IMG/VR virus record: IMGVR_UViG_3300020172_001601
Span: 124,001-188,000 of that record
Reading direction: 5' to 3' (one strand)
DNA: 64,000 nt
Shown: piece by piece, positions 8,748-18,216 of the stretch
Numbering within the stretch: the first letter of the stretch is position 1
How the letters are laid out: each line of letters starts with the position of its first letter
The notes under the pieces: model-generated
What the model saw: only the letters and a program-made list of their open reading frames with translations
Databases searched by the model: none
Told to the model about the DNA's origin: nothing
Program-made: the position numbers and the translations under genes

Positions 8748-9654
8748 AGTCAACGAATTGAATTTCCAATACATCTCTTGGAAATTGTGTTCCTGCCGCT
8801 AGAGCTTTATTTTCGCTTACTTTCCATTGTTCTTTGATTCGTCTTAGGACAGCAGGTTCGTGAGTGAAGAATAGCTCTACTGGATGTGTGACCAATTCTT
8901 CTTCAGATATGTTCAATCCCGCTTCTTCGATTATCTTTTTATATTCCTTCATGGGATCGAGGAAGTTTCTGGTGCGGGTTTCTTTTAGCCCCATGCTGAA
9001 CAATTCATCTGTACTGAACACCAAATGCAGATAAGCTCTATTTAGTTGTTTATAAAGATGCGTACCGTGGCGACTGGTCCAAGGGTGGCATCGTAAATAA
9101 ATGCGACCATTTGGAGCTTTGACCTCGTTTGCCTTGATGAGTATATTTTCATCTGCGTGGTCGATTACATCATTGACCAGTATGACATCGTATGGACCAT
9201 TCTTTTTGATTTCGTCAAAATCAGTGCTGAATCGCAGGTTGACGGTATCTTCAAAGTGACTCCAGTTTTGCTCGATGGGATCATAGCCCATAGACAATTT
9301 GACGCCTACGAGATTGGCAGCAACATAGGGAACATGCCCTTCGCCGCAGCCGAAGTCCAGTAGTTTTTTATCGCTTAGATCGGTGCGAATAAAGTCATGT
9401 ACGATTCCTGCTGCACGAGACAGCTTGTGATCCTCGTCTTCGCCACAAATCAGGTCTTCAGGCACCGCCAGAGGCCATTTCTCGGACTTGGCGAGCAATC
9501 GGAGGGTTGTGATCTCCGATAGCCTTTCACGCTCGCCAACGGGCATTGGGGGCGTTTTGAGTTCTTCTTCGAGTAACGAACGCATGAAGCCTGTCATGTG
9601 TTCAAGCGCCCGGAGGTATTCTTTGATTGTTTTTTGGTCCATGTTTCTTTCCAC
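8734..9654 (-). CDS. class I SAM-dependent methyltransferase
   Basis: LLDFGCGEGH motif I; YDVILVNDVIDH. Confidence 0.8.
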   Translation of the reverse strand: MERNMDQKTIKEYLRALEHMTGFMRSLLEEELKTPPMPVGERERLSEITTLRLLAKSEKWPLAVPEDLICGEDEDHKLSRAAGIVHDFIRTDLSDKKLLDFGCGEGHVPYVAANLVGVKLSMGYDPIEQNWSHFEDTVNLRFSTDFDEIKKNGPYDVILVNDVIDHADENILIKANEVKAPNGRIYLRCHPWTSRHGTHLYKQLNRAYLHLVFSTDELFSMGLKETRTRNFLDPMKEYKKIIEEAGLNISEEELVTHPVELFFTHEPAVLRRIKEQWKVSENKALAAGTQFPRDVLEIQFVDFILT

Positions 9655-9700
9655 CTAAGACTCTATTAGATGAGTGAACTTTGCGAAAATTGGAGCGTGC

Positions 9701-10234
9701 ATGAAAGATTTTGAACGGACATTGTTAATTGGGGTCGTATTTGATCTATCGACGTTGCACACCAACGGCACTCGGAACTTGGATATTGTAAAAGATATTC
9801 TTCTGAAGCATGTCCTGGATGTGAAGCCTTCGTCTAAAATATACGTTTCTCATCCAAATTGGCATACGGTCCCACGGGATCAGGGGGAAAGCACATATTA
9901 TGTGATCTCCTATCAAGAGACGCCAAACTTCTATGTTGATTCTGCTTTGAAAAACGCTGTCACAGTTGTTGGCGAGTATGTTGAAGATTGTGATAAGTAT
10001 ATGTTTCTGATTACAGACCGTTTTCAGGCACCACGCAACTATCAATATCGCAAGGGATTTTTGGCAAATAATATCAGAGGCTATAGCACGAAGATGTGTA
10101 TCTTTGGCATTGGAGATGGTTATGACAATATGAATCTCAAATCGTTGGCCGAAGAATATGAGGCACATTTTTCACACCTGTCAGACGCCGCCTCACTGTC
10201 TGATGAACTTACCAAATTGTTGACGGGATACTAA
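9701..10234 (+). CDS. hypothetical protein, possible degenerate vWA domain
   Basis: VVFDLS, FLITD, IFGIGDGYD..LKSLAE pattern. Confidence 0.55.
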   Translation: MKDFERTLLIGVVFDLSTLHTNGTRNLDIVKDILLKHVLDVKPSSKIYVSHPNWHTVPRDQGESTYYVISYQETPNFYVDSALKNAVTVVGEYVEDCDKYMFLITDRFQAPRNYQYRKGFLANNIRGYSTKMCIFGIGDGYDNMNLKSLAEEYEAHFSHLSDAASLSDELTKLLTGY

Positions 10235-11019
10235 TGGAAAATCCAAAGATATTCGTGAATCGTAAAATCGAAAATAATCCTTTTTACATGGCCCCGGTAG
10301 AAATCATTATTCCATTTCATGGCGAACAGGCTCGTGTTGCCAAGTTGATGGAGAGCATATTTGCCACAGTGCATACCAATAGGTACTTGATTTCTTTAAT
10401 TGATGATGGTTCTCTTAACAAGACATTCATCAAAGAAATAGACAAGAAGAAATTGCCCGGTGTGCGATGCTTCCGTACCGACGAAAACAAGGGTTTCGGA
10501 GCAGCGGTAAACTTGGCGCTCAAGACTCCGTGGAGCCAAAAGATTACCTGGGTCGCCATTATGCAGTCTGATGTCTTTGCAGAAGAAAACAATTGGCTCT
10601 CCAATATGGGAGAGACGATGAATCTACTCAAGAATCAAGGCGTCAAAATGGTGTCTCCAATGACTAATAATCCAATGGTTGAGTCGGCTATTTTGACCGG
10701 ACAAAAAAGTGATCGCCGTCCTGATGTGATTTTGACAGAAGGCTATTTGCCGATGTATTGCGTATTGGCTCATAGAGAATTGTTCAATAAAGTTGGATTA
10801 TTGAAAGAATGCCCATATGCCGGAACCGAAGCCGAAGAATTCGCTGTGCGAATGCGAATGATGGGCTATAAACAAGCCGTATGTGGGACCAGTTGGGTAA
10901 ACCACTCTGGCGGCGCTACCCTCGCTAACTTCTCTGAAAACATCAAGGTTCAGGAAATATTGCGAAAGGTAAAAGAAGAGTTCGATCCAGGCCCTAAGAA
11001 AGAGGTCCAGGTCGGATAG
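10234..11019 (+). CDS. glycosyltransferase family 2
   Basis: IIIPFHG, LIDDGS, NKGFGAAVNLAL, MQSD, VNHSGGAT. Confidence 0.85.
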   Translation: MENPKIFVNRKIENNPFYMAPVEIIIPFHGEQARVAKLMESIFATVHTNRYLISLIDDGSLNKTFIKEIDKKKLPGVRCFRTDENKGFGAAVNLALKTPWSQKITWVAIMQSDVFAEENNWLSNMGETMNLLKNQGVKMVSPMTNNPMVESAILTGQKSDRRPDVILTEGYLPMYCVLAHRELFNKVGLLKECPYAGTEAEEFAVRMRMMGYKQAVCGTSWVNHSGGATLANFSENIKVQEILRKVKEEFDPGPKKEVQVG

Positions 11020-11067
11020 ATAATGGTGAAGTGATTAACTCTTCAAACCATTATGGAGGATATTCTC

Positions 11068-11223
11068 ATGAGATGCAAAAAGCCAGACGGCACATACACG
11101 ACAACTCGTTGGTTGTACTTCTACCCACAATGCGGTAGAATTCTGCAAGCCCTTGGCATCTGCTCTGCTAAGGCAGGCGCATATGTTCCAGCTATCACGG
11201 TATGCACTCAGCGTTTGTACTAA
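11068..11223 (+). CDS. small 51 aa Cys-containing peptide (not in the ORF track)
   Basis: GGAGG SD at 11055-11059; MRCKKPDGTYTTTRWLYFYPQCGRILQALGICSAKAGAYVPAITVCTQRLY; followed by a terminator. Confidence 0.55.
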   Translation: MRCKKPDGTYTTTRWLYFYPQCGRILQALGICSAKAGAYVPAITVCTQRLY

Positions 11224-11252
11224 CGCTTGATTGTTGACCACATTTAATTTAG

Positions 11253-11290
11253 AGGTTGCCCGATTGAAAAGTCGGGCAACCTTTTTTATT
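11253..11290. terminator. bidirectional terminator between convergent genes
   Basis: aggttgcccgat/gtcgggcaacct stem followed by T run. Confidence 0.75.
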
Positions 11291-11723
11291 TGCCTTGCCA
11301 ATCTTTAGTGTGATCGAACAATTCTTTTGCAATTGCTTCATAGCAAGGACGATCAATGGTTCCTGCTGAGGGATTGTCAAATTCCATCACAAAGATTTGA
11401 TGGACGACTTCGGTGATTTCTTTCAATCCCGGCGTGCCTCGGATAGCCAGTTCACGCAAGATCATTCTGGCTTCAATATCATATTCGTCTTTTGGCACTA
11501 CGCAGGGAACCAGATCAATCGGGTCATGCTCATACAAAAGCCGAGTCAGCCAATCCAAGGCGTTGCCAAAGCGACACAGATCATCTCGGTGTTCAAGATC
11601 ATGGAGATGAAGCATCTCCATTCGTTGGTCTTGTGTGACGCCATTGCCTTTGCTGGTCTGAAAGATCAATCGCAGTCCCGCCATACGTTCTTTGGCGGCA
11701 TCGTTCCATTCAGTGTATTTCAT
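11286..11723 (-). CDS. hypothetical protein
   Basis: MKYTEW start overlapping the stop of the upstream methyltransferase. Confidence 0.7.
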   Translation of the reverse strand: MKYTEWNDAAKERMAGLRLIFQTSKGNGVTQDQRMEMLHLHDLEHRDDLCRFGNALDWLTRLLYEHDPIDLVPCVVPKDEYDIEARMILRELAIRGTPGLKEITEVVHQIFVMEFDNPSAGTIDRPCYEAIAKELFDHTKDWQGK

Positions 11724-12361
11724 ATTGCTCTGGTTATGTGGGTGGCGTAGCCGAAAATGTTGCTGATGTAAGAGTGATGCCCAGGAGTGGATAAGTATAC
11801 CATCTTGCCGCCATGCTTTTCGACTAACTGAAGCAGTCTTCCTGGTGAGCGAAATACAGCGCCCCATGTTTGGGCTTTGAGATCATCTTGTTTGTATAGG
11901 TCTATTGCCCACTCACCGTCCTGATGAGTAGGAATAAGCCTATCATCTAAATGAGAAAATTGGAGTGCATAAATGCCACCAACTTTTAGACTCTTGATGA
12001 TCTTCTGAAGTTGAATCTCAAAATCTTCATGACTCATGTGTATGCACACATTGTTTGAGAATACATAGTCGAACGTATTCTCAGGCAATTCATCTTCAGG
12101 CAGAAATTGGCCGAGCGTATATGGCTTGACATTTTCGAGAGCGATTGGCGAAATATCAAGGGCGTATACATTGCCGCCTTTTTGTTGGTAAAACTTGCTT
12201 GGGTTACAAACGCCAACGCCGATAGCAAGAATGGTTTTACCAGCTAGAGAATCCGGGTCGATTCTCAAAATGCCTAGTTCAGTAGGCCCGTCACTACCCG
12301 TCAGACTGATGCAGTCTTGACGGGTGTGAACGTCGTTCCAAAAGTTTTGTATTTCGCTCAT
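11720..12361 (-). CDS. class I SAM-dependent methyltransferase
   Basis: ILAIGVGVC motif I variant, VYALDISPIAL, FDYVFSNNVCIHM. Confidence 0.8.
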   Translation of the reverse strand: MSEIQNFWNDVHTRQDCISLTGSDGPTELGILRIDPDSLAGKTILAIGVGVCNPSKFYQQKGGNVYALDISPIALENVKPYTLGQFLPEDELPENTFDYVFSNNVCIHMSHEDFEIQLQKIIKSLKVGGIYALQFSHLDDRLIPTHQDGEWAIDLYKQDDLKAQTWGAVFRSPGRLLQLVEKHGGKMVYLSTPGHHSYISNIFGYATHITRAI

Positions 12362-12368
12362 ACTGTAT

Positions 12369-13517
12369 TTAAGTCTGACTGCGACGAATTTTACTGCTCG
12401 ACATATCGACCGGAGGCAAAATATCCGGTGGAATGATTTGGGCCATTTTCAAGAAGCGAGGGTCGATACCGTCGAGTCCTTCTTCATGCGAAGCCCTTCC
12501 ATCCATTATACGGTGGAAGACGATAAACTTGGCATCCTGACGAATCAAGGTTGCCACTACTTCGTCAATCTTGCCGTATTTCGGGTCGCTGATCCGCTTA
12601 AACGTGTCCCAGCCCACCACAAAGGTTGCGCCGTAGAAGTATTCGGCCTTCTGCATAAAGGTCGCCAGAGACGTAAAGTGAATGTCTCCACACCACGGAT
12701 TGACCTTTTGCTCCTCCAGATGAGCGATCCGCTCTCTGAGGTTGGTGTAATTGAAGGCAGGCTTATCGACGTTGTGGACACAGATTTCGAGATCGACTGG
12801 CCTTCCAGTAAGCTCGAACACCTTGGCTGCAATGCCAGCATGTCCGGGGTGGAGTGGATGGAACGAACCAGCGAAAATGACTCGGTTCTCTGGAAGGTCC
12901 ATTCCAGCGGGAATGCCAAGCGTGAGGGACTTCAACTGTCCGGTCAACAGTTTGAACATTTCCGGCGTGCCGGTCGTCATGACTTCTGTGACGTAATTGT
13001 TCTCGAAAATGTTGATGGCTTCAGCCCGAAAGCCGGATGCAAAAGCCAGCACACCGATTATAACACGGGCAACCAGAGTTTCTTCTTCTACTCGGTTGTG
13101 TCCACGACCAGTCAGGTCGATTTCGTAGGTTCGTGTGAATTCGCTGGTTTGAACAGCGATATAGGCGTGGTGTTCTCGTCCTTCACGCTCATGATCTTTG
13201 GCAAGCGAACAGGATGCGCCGATTCCGACAAGGCTTTCGGCGTTGTCGAGTCCAGAGTATTTGATGGCTTTCTGATATGCTGCCATTGCCAGATCACGAG
13301 CAGCGCCAGGGGAACAGTATTTGTCGGGAGTTCCCTTCACAAAGTTGTCGAACGACTTCTGATCGTATGGTACAATAGCTTCCAACACGGTGTTGGAACC
13401 TTGGCCATATCGGAGAAGTTCTCCGATGACTTCGGCCCCGCCCCCGGTGAGAGCAAGCACCGCTTTTTGCGGAGTTTGGTGGATTCTCAAGACCAGATCA
13501 CGTTCTGACAGCGACAT
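12369..13517 (-). CDS. CinA-like N-terminal domain fused to a NadD/cytidylyltransferase-like domain
   Basis: TGGG..GSNTVLEAIVPY N-domain; FAGSFHPLHPGH (HxGH), VVGWDTFKRI..PKY, SSSKIR. Confidence 0.75.
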   Translation of the reverse strand: MSLSERDLVLRIHQTPQKAVLALTGGGAEVIGELLRYGQGSNTVLEAIVPYDQKSFDNFVKGTPDKYCSPGAARDLAMAAYQKAIKYSGLDNAESLVGIGASCSLAKDHEREGREHHAYIAVQTSEFTRTYEIDLTGRGHNRVEEETLVARVIIGVLAFASGFRAEAINIFENNYVTEVMTTGTPEMFKLLTGQLKSLTLGIPAGMDLPENRVIFAGSFHPLHPGHAGIAAKVFELTGRPVDLEICVHNVDKPAFNYTNLRERIAHLEEQKVNPWCGDIHFTSLATFMQKAEYFYGATFVVGWDTFKRISDPKYGKIDEVVATLIRQDAKFIVFHRIMDGRASHEEGLDGIDPRFLKMAQIIPPDILPPVDMSSSKIRRSQT

Positions 13518-13668
13518 TTTTATGCTCCCGGTAAAATTGTTTCATCGGATTGTACCACGGTATTTGTGGGGTGTAAAACGTCAAACTGGTCTTGTGGCTT
13601 TTCGCAGCTTTCGGTAGAATCGGGCGAGTTTCATCCATCACGGCATCGTGACCAAAAGGAGTTAGCCG

Positions 13669-13869
13669 ATGTTAGTTCTGAGCAGAAAGAAAAACGAGTC
13701 GATTGTTATCGGGGAAAATATCCGAATCGTCGTCGTTGAAGTTCGTGGCGACAAAGTACGTCTGGGAATTGAAGCCCCAGGCGACGTTCCTGTTCATCGA
13801 CAGGAAGTCTATGACGCCATCCAAAACGACAAGGGAAAAGGGGATATTGAGCTAGATGGCAAATCCTAG
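13669..13869 (+). CDS. csrA: carbon storage regulator CsrA
   Basis: MLVLSRKKNESIVIG..VRLGIEAP..VPVHRQEVY. Confidence 0.95.
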   Translation: MLVLSRKKNESIVIGENIRIVVVEVRGDKVRLGIEAPGDVPVHRQEVYDAIQNDKGKGDIELDGKS

Positions 13870-14098
13870 AATATGCCCTCATTGCCACGGAGATATTCCC
13901 ACAGATCGAGATTTTACCTTTGATGAAAAGTTGAATCTCATCTGTGGGAAGTGTGGCAAAATAGCCTTTCCGACAACTTCGGAAGCGGAACTTGCGTTCT
14001 CGCAGCCCGGCCTGAAACAGCCATTGTCCCAAATACACCAGACTTATATGCCGAGGCATAGGACTGGACCTCATCACGACGATATTCCAGAAGGATAA
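13856..14098 (+). CDS. zinc-ribbon hypothetical protein
   Basis: CPHC...CGKC. Confidence 0.65.
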   Translation: MANPRICPHCHGDIPTDRDFTFDEKLNLICGKCGKIAFPTTSEAELAFSQPGLKQPLSQIHQTYMPRHRTGPHHDDIPEG

Positions 14099-14100
14099 TC

Positions 14101-14772
14101 ATGGAGAAGCCTGCATCGCTCATTGCCGAATTGGAGCGTATTTTCGGCGTTCTAAACCAAGCCTTGTTTGGTGGTGAACTGGAGCCGGTAAGTTTCACCC
14201 TACAACCAAAGAAGAAGGTTTCGTTGCGATGGATGCCCGATGTCGAGGGCATGATTATCGGAGCGGATTTTTCCAAACTGGAATATGGGGAAATCCCTGG
14301 TGCCATGTTGCACGAGATGATTCATATCTCGAACCAGCAGAAGGGCTTGCCGGACGTTACAACGAATCAATATCACAATAAGAACTTCCTTGAAGCGGCT
14401 CTGGAAGTTGGACTTGTGGTAATCAAGCACAAGACCCAAGGTTGGGCGATCACTTCGACCGTATATCCAAGAAACGTAGTTGAGCGGGTATACATTAAGC
14501 GGCCCAACAAAGATGCCATTCGGCGGCGAAACGATGCCTTTGATTCCGTTGATATGGACAAGGCTATATTCAAAGCCGGACGTGCTGATATGCGGGATCG
14601 AGTCAGAAGCGAAAAGCCGACCAAGACGTATTTCCTCAAATATCAATGCAACTGCCCGCCACCGCACAACAGCATCCGTTCGGGAAGAAGGCCAGATGGA
14701 CCCAATGCTCTGAATATCCAGTGTCTCAACTGTCGCTCTCAGTTTGAGTGCGTCACCGAACTAGACGAATAA
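14101..14772 (+). CDS. SprT-like zinc metalloprotease domain protein
   Basis: MLHEMIH (HExxH), YHNKNF, C-terminal CxC..CxxC. Confidence 0.75.
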   Translation: MEKPASLIAELERIFGVLNQALFGGELEPVSFTLQPKKKVSLRWMPDVEGMIIGADFSKLEYGEIPGAMLHEMIHISNQQKGLPDVTTNQYHNKNFLEAALEVGLVVIKHKTQGWAITSTVYPRNVVERVYIKRPNKDAIRRRNDAFDSVDMDKAIFKAGRADMRDRVRSEKPTKTYFLKYQCNCPPPHNSIRSGRRPDGPNALNIQCLNCRSQFECVTELDE

Positions 14773-14781
14773 AGGAGTCGC

Positions 14782-15039
14782 ATGGACAAAGAGACGCTGG
14801 CTGACCAGATTCAGAGCGTATTGAAGGAATGCCCGCATGTTCGGGGATATAAACTTTCCGTGATGGAACTTTCCAACTCGGTCGTAATCGGAGGAACCGT
14901 CAGTTGTTTCTATCACAAGCAGATGGCGCAAGAAGCCATTCGTATCTTTCTGAAACCTCTTGTGGCGAAAGGACTTATGTTGACGCTGAGAAACGAGATC
15001 ACCGTGAAGTTGCCCCGGCCACGGGCCAACGACGAGTAA
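14782..15039 (+). CDS. BON domain protein
   Basis: VVIGGTVSCFYHKQMAQEAIR..LRNEITV. Confidence 0.7.
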   Translation: MDKETLADQIQSVLKECPHVRGYKLSVMELSNSVVIGGTVSCFYHKQMAQEAIRIFLKPLVAKGLMLTLRNEITVKLPRPRANDE

Positions 15040-15054
15040 TCTTTTGCCGCCGAT

Positions 15055-15103
15055 TTTACACGAAACGGTTTGCGTGGTAGAATCTTCCACGCAAACCGTT
15101 TCG
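15055..15103 (+). promoter_or_regulatory. sigma70-type promoter embedded in a perfect 17 bp inverted repeat
   Basis: TTTACA 15055-15060, TAGAAT 15078-15083; arms 15061-15077 and 15087-15103. Confidence 0.8.
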
Positions 15104-15128
15104 TTGTTTCGAGAAGGGGAACAAGCTC

Positions 15129-15791
15129 ATGGCCGTCAAGATCATCTATCCTCCCCGGCCAAAGAGCAAGATGCTTCCCAAAGACTTGGAATACTACGAA
15201 AGCACAGGAAAGTGGCTCGCCCAACGAAAGTTTCGTGGAAGTCGGGCCGTCATCAATATCTCACCGGCTGGTGAGGTCACACTCGGCAATCGTCACGGCA
15301 CTTCTTTTGCCCGTTTTTCTCTTGACCGCAAATACAAGGAAGAACTTCTGTCCGGGCTTCGTCTCCAGAAAGGTGTCGAATATTGGCTGGACGGCGAACT
15401 GATGAATAAGGACGAAAATGCCACGAATGAGATCATCTTGTTCGATGTTCTTCAGGTCGGCAAATATTTATTCGGTTCCCCCAATCAAGTTGAGCGGCTG
15501 AAAATGCTTGACGATATTTGTGGGAGTCCGAAGGAATATTGTCCGAGTGGTATTGCCCTACAGGTTACGCCTCGCATTTGGATGGCCGAGACGTTCGCTT
15601 CGGATTTTACCAAACGCTTTGAAGAGGCACTGCCTATTGTTCAGCTTGAAGGTTTGGTTCTTCGCAAGAAGGCTTCAGCCTTGGATCATTTCGGTCATGC
15701 CGAATATGAAACAAACAATATCATCCGGTGTCGGAAGCCATTCGCATCTGAAACGCCGAAAGCGCAGCGTTCGGGTGGATATGAATTTTAG
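15129..15791 (+). CDS. ATP-dependent DNA ligase-like nucleotidyltransferase (adenylation domain only)
   Basis: QRKFRGSR (motif I), LDGELM, ILFDVL, EGLVLRK. Confidence 0.75.
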   Translation: MAVKIIYPPRPKSKMLPKDLEYYESTGKWLAQRKFRGSRAVINISPAGEVTLGNRHGTSFARFSLDRKYKEELLSGLRLQKGVEYWLDGELMNKDENATNEIILFDVLQVGKYLFGSPNQVERLKMLDDICGSPKEYCPSGIALQVTPRIWMAETFASDFTKRFEEALPIVQLEGLVLRKKASALDHFGHAEYETNNIIRCRKPFASETPKAQRSGGYEF

Positions 15792-15904
15792 TCTTGACAC
15801 CCATGCCGATAAATCATACTCTTCTCTTTCTAAGGGGACCGATATGTAGAACCTACGACGGATCGTTTTGACAGACTGGACCTAACCCGAATCAGGAGTA
15901 ACTG

Positions 15905-17239
15905 ATGAATAAGACTGAATCCTTCCCGATGAATCGCATCCCGGAAGGCTGCAAGCATCTTTATGGTGCATTGTTCGCTGTTCCGTTCGCTGCGTTGCGT
16001 ACCCCGGACATTGACGAAGACGAAGTGTCAAAGTCGGAATACAAGTTCAAGAACCCCAGGCTCTTGACTGAGAAAGGGCAGAGTGAGTTGCTGGACAAGC
16101 GACTCTCGGCTGAACTTCGTGAGAGCATCAAGAACCGCACGCTGCTCAACCCGCTGGTGTGCAGATGGGTTCAAGAAGGGGATAACTACTATCCCCAACT
16201 GGTCGGTGGTGATCGCCGATACCGTGCATTGGACTTCCTCATTCGCAAGAAAGAGATCGTCACTGACCCCGGCAGTTTGCAATTGGATGAGAAGGGCGAG
16301 TGGACCTACACTCAATGCTCGGCTGATAAAGCCTATGCAATGATCCCTTGTCAAGTCTTCGCCGTCAACGACGACTTGCAAGCCTTGGCGCTGGCCTGGG
16401 CTGAGAACAAGGGCCGCATCAACCTGACCGAAGGCCATGAGATTGCCGAAGTCATGAAGTTGCGGAAGGTAGGGGCTTCGGACGAGAAGATTCTCGAAAT
16501 CTTGCAGCAAGACGAGAAGTGGCTGGCCGAGTCTGACTCGTTGATTGCCAATCTCGATACTGACACGCTCGCAGACTTGCTGGAAAACCGGATCGACCGG
16601 GAATCGGCTTGTGAGCTATGCAGCATCGAAGACGAGCAGGTTCGCACCAAGGTTCGTATTGCAGCGAACGAAGCGTCCAAGGAAGCCTGTGATCGCAAGA
16701 TCAAGCGCATCCAGAAGCAGATCGAGGCGGCTCTCGAACGCAAGGAAATCGCTGAAGGCTCTGTCGCTGATGCTGAATACCAGCACGATGACGAAGCCGC
16801 AGAAGAAGCCAAGAGTGAATTGGCAGATGCCGAGAAGAAGGTTACTCGCTCCGTGAAGGAACGTGATGAAACCACTCCGGTCACGTCCATCAAGGACGTG
16901 AAGAAGGCCGAAACCGATACCGGGGCCAAGCCGCCACGGGAACCCCGAAACGAAGAGGATCGACCTCTCCGCATTCTGTCCTCGAAGAAGATTCAGGATG
17001 CAGTCGATTATCTTGATGCTGTCATCGCCAATGGGGGCAAGTGTCTCGAAGGTACGTTCATCGGTGGGCCGGGTCTGGTGACGGCGTTGGGATTGGCGAG
17101 GAAATTCCTCAACAATAACATCCTGGCGAATGAGCCGGACTTCGGTTCGACCATCAAGCGGCACTTGGATTCCGCTCGCAAGATGAAGGCCGACCAGTCC
17201 CAGCCTGTCGAACGGGTTGAGACTGAAGAAGGCCAATAA
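15905..17239 (+). CDS. ParB N-terminal domain protein with long acidic coiled coil
   Basis: SIKNRTLLNPLVCR..LVGGDRRYRAL..ENKGRINLT. Confidence 0.75.
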   Translation: MNKTESFPMNRIPEGCKHLYGALFAVPFAALRTPDIDEDEVSKSEYKFKNPRLLTEKGQSELLDKRLSAELRESIKNRTLLNPLVCRWVQEGDNYYPQLVGGDRRYRALDFLIRKKEIVTDPGSLQLDEKGEWTYTQCSADKAYAMIPCQVFAVNDDLQALALAWAENKGRINLTEGHEIAEVMKLRKVGASDEKILEILQQDEKWLAESDSLIANLDTDTLADLLENRIDRESACELCSIEDEQVRTKVRIAANEASKEACDRKIKRIQKQIEAALERKEIAEGSVADAEYQHDDEAAEEAKSELADAEKKVTRSVKERDETTPVTSIKDVKKAETDTGAKPPREPRNEEDRPLRILSSKKIQDAVDYLDAVIANGGKCLEGTFIGGPGLVTALGLARKFLNNNILANEPDFGSTIKRHLDSARKMKADQSQPVERVETEEGQ

Positions 17240-17290
17240 TCTTCCCTGGCAACGGGGAAGTGGTGGAGGGCGGCATCAGTCGCCCCTAAG

Positions 17291-17322
17291 CCTCGCCAAG
17301 AGAAATCTTGGCGAGGTTTTTT
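17291..17322 (+). terminator. intrinsic terminator
   Basis: cctcgccaaga-GAAA-tcttggcgagg followed by T6. Confidence 0.85.
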
Positions 17323-17345
17323 ATTTGGTGGGCATAAATAAAACA

Positions 17346-17654
17346 ATGATACAAGCCTGCCCAAACTGCGGTCATGCCCTTCAGCGTGAATTGAAGGATG
17401 GCCTTACACATTGCTCCCATTGCAATCAAGTTTTTGATTCAAGCGATTTTAATCGTCTTTTATCAGCCGCTTGGCAAATACGCAGGGAGCATTTGTCGTT
17501 AGAACAAGTTAAATGGCAATGTAAATTGGGAGACGATTATTCCATATTGATATACACATTTGTCAGTGAATACGGCTATGCCCACGATGAGTTAATCAAA
17601 TTGTTGCGAAAACTCGGTGTGGCAAATAAAGCGTATATCGACTTCTCAGCCTAG
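17346..17654 (+). CDS. zinc-ribbon hypothetical protein
   Basis: CPNCG..CSHC. Confidence 0.7.
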   Translation: MIQACPNCGHALQRELKDGLTHCSHCNQVFDSSDFNRLLSAAWQIRREHLSLEQVKWQCKLGDDYSILIYTFVSEYGYAHDELIKLLRKLGVANKAYIDFSA

Positions 17655-17700
17655 ATCGAGCATTGCGGCTTTGGTATCCTCTTATTTCTGGAGGATAACT

Positions 17701-18204
17701 ATGAAGCTGCAAGTTCTCGTCGGGATGATCGCATCAGGTAAATCAACATATTGCCGATCTGCTGCTAGGCAGGGCATCATTTGTGTAAACGATGATGCCA
17801 TTGTCAATATGCTTCATGCCGACGACTATACCCTCTATGACACCGATCTCAAGGTGTTGTATAAGTCTGTCGAAAATCACGTTATTGGAACCGGCCTCGC
17901 TATGGGCCGTTCAGTCATTGTTGATCGTGGACTCAACATGAGTCTTGCCGGTCGGCGTCGTTGGTTGGCCTTGGCTCAAAGTTTTGATGTGCCATGTGAA
18001 GCCATCGTTTTCAAAAATGACGGACCAGAAGAACACGCTCGTCGTCGCACTCAATCTGATGGTCGAGGCCACACCTGGGAGTATTGGCTTAGGGTTGCAG
18101 AGCTTCATAATTCCTTGTATATTCCACCTACTAAAGAAGAGGGCTTTGATGCCGTCTACGATATTGGGTTTGATGAAATACAGCAAGGCAAAGTCATTCT
18201 TTAA
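17701..18204 (+). CDS. AAA_33 / polynucleotide kinase-like P-loop protein
   Basis: VLVGMIASGKSTY; VIVD..N..R. Confidence 0.8.
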   Translation: MKLQVLVGMIASGKSTYCRSAARQGIICVNDDAIVNMLHADDYTLYDTDLKVLYKSVENHVIGTGLAMGRSVIVDRGLNMSLAGRRRWLALAQSFDVPCEAIVFKNDGPEEHARRRTQSDGRGHTWEYWLRVAELHNSLYIPPTKEEGFDAVYDIGFDEIQQGKVIL

Positions 18205-18216
18205 GGGGACTTGTAA

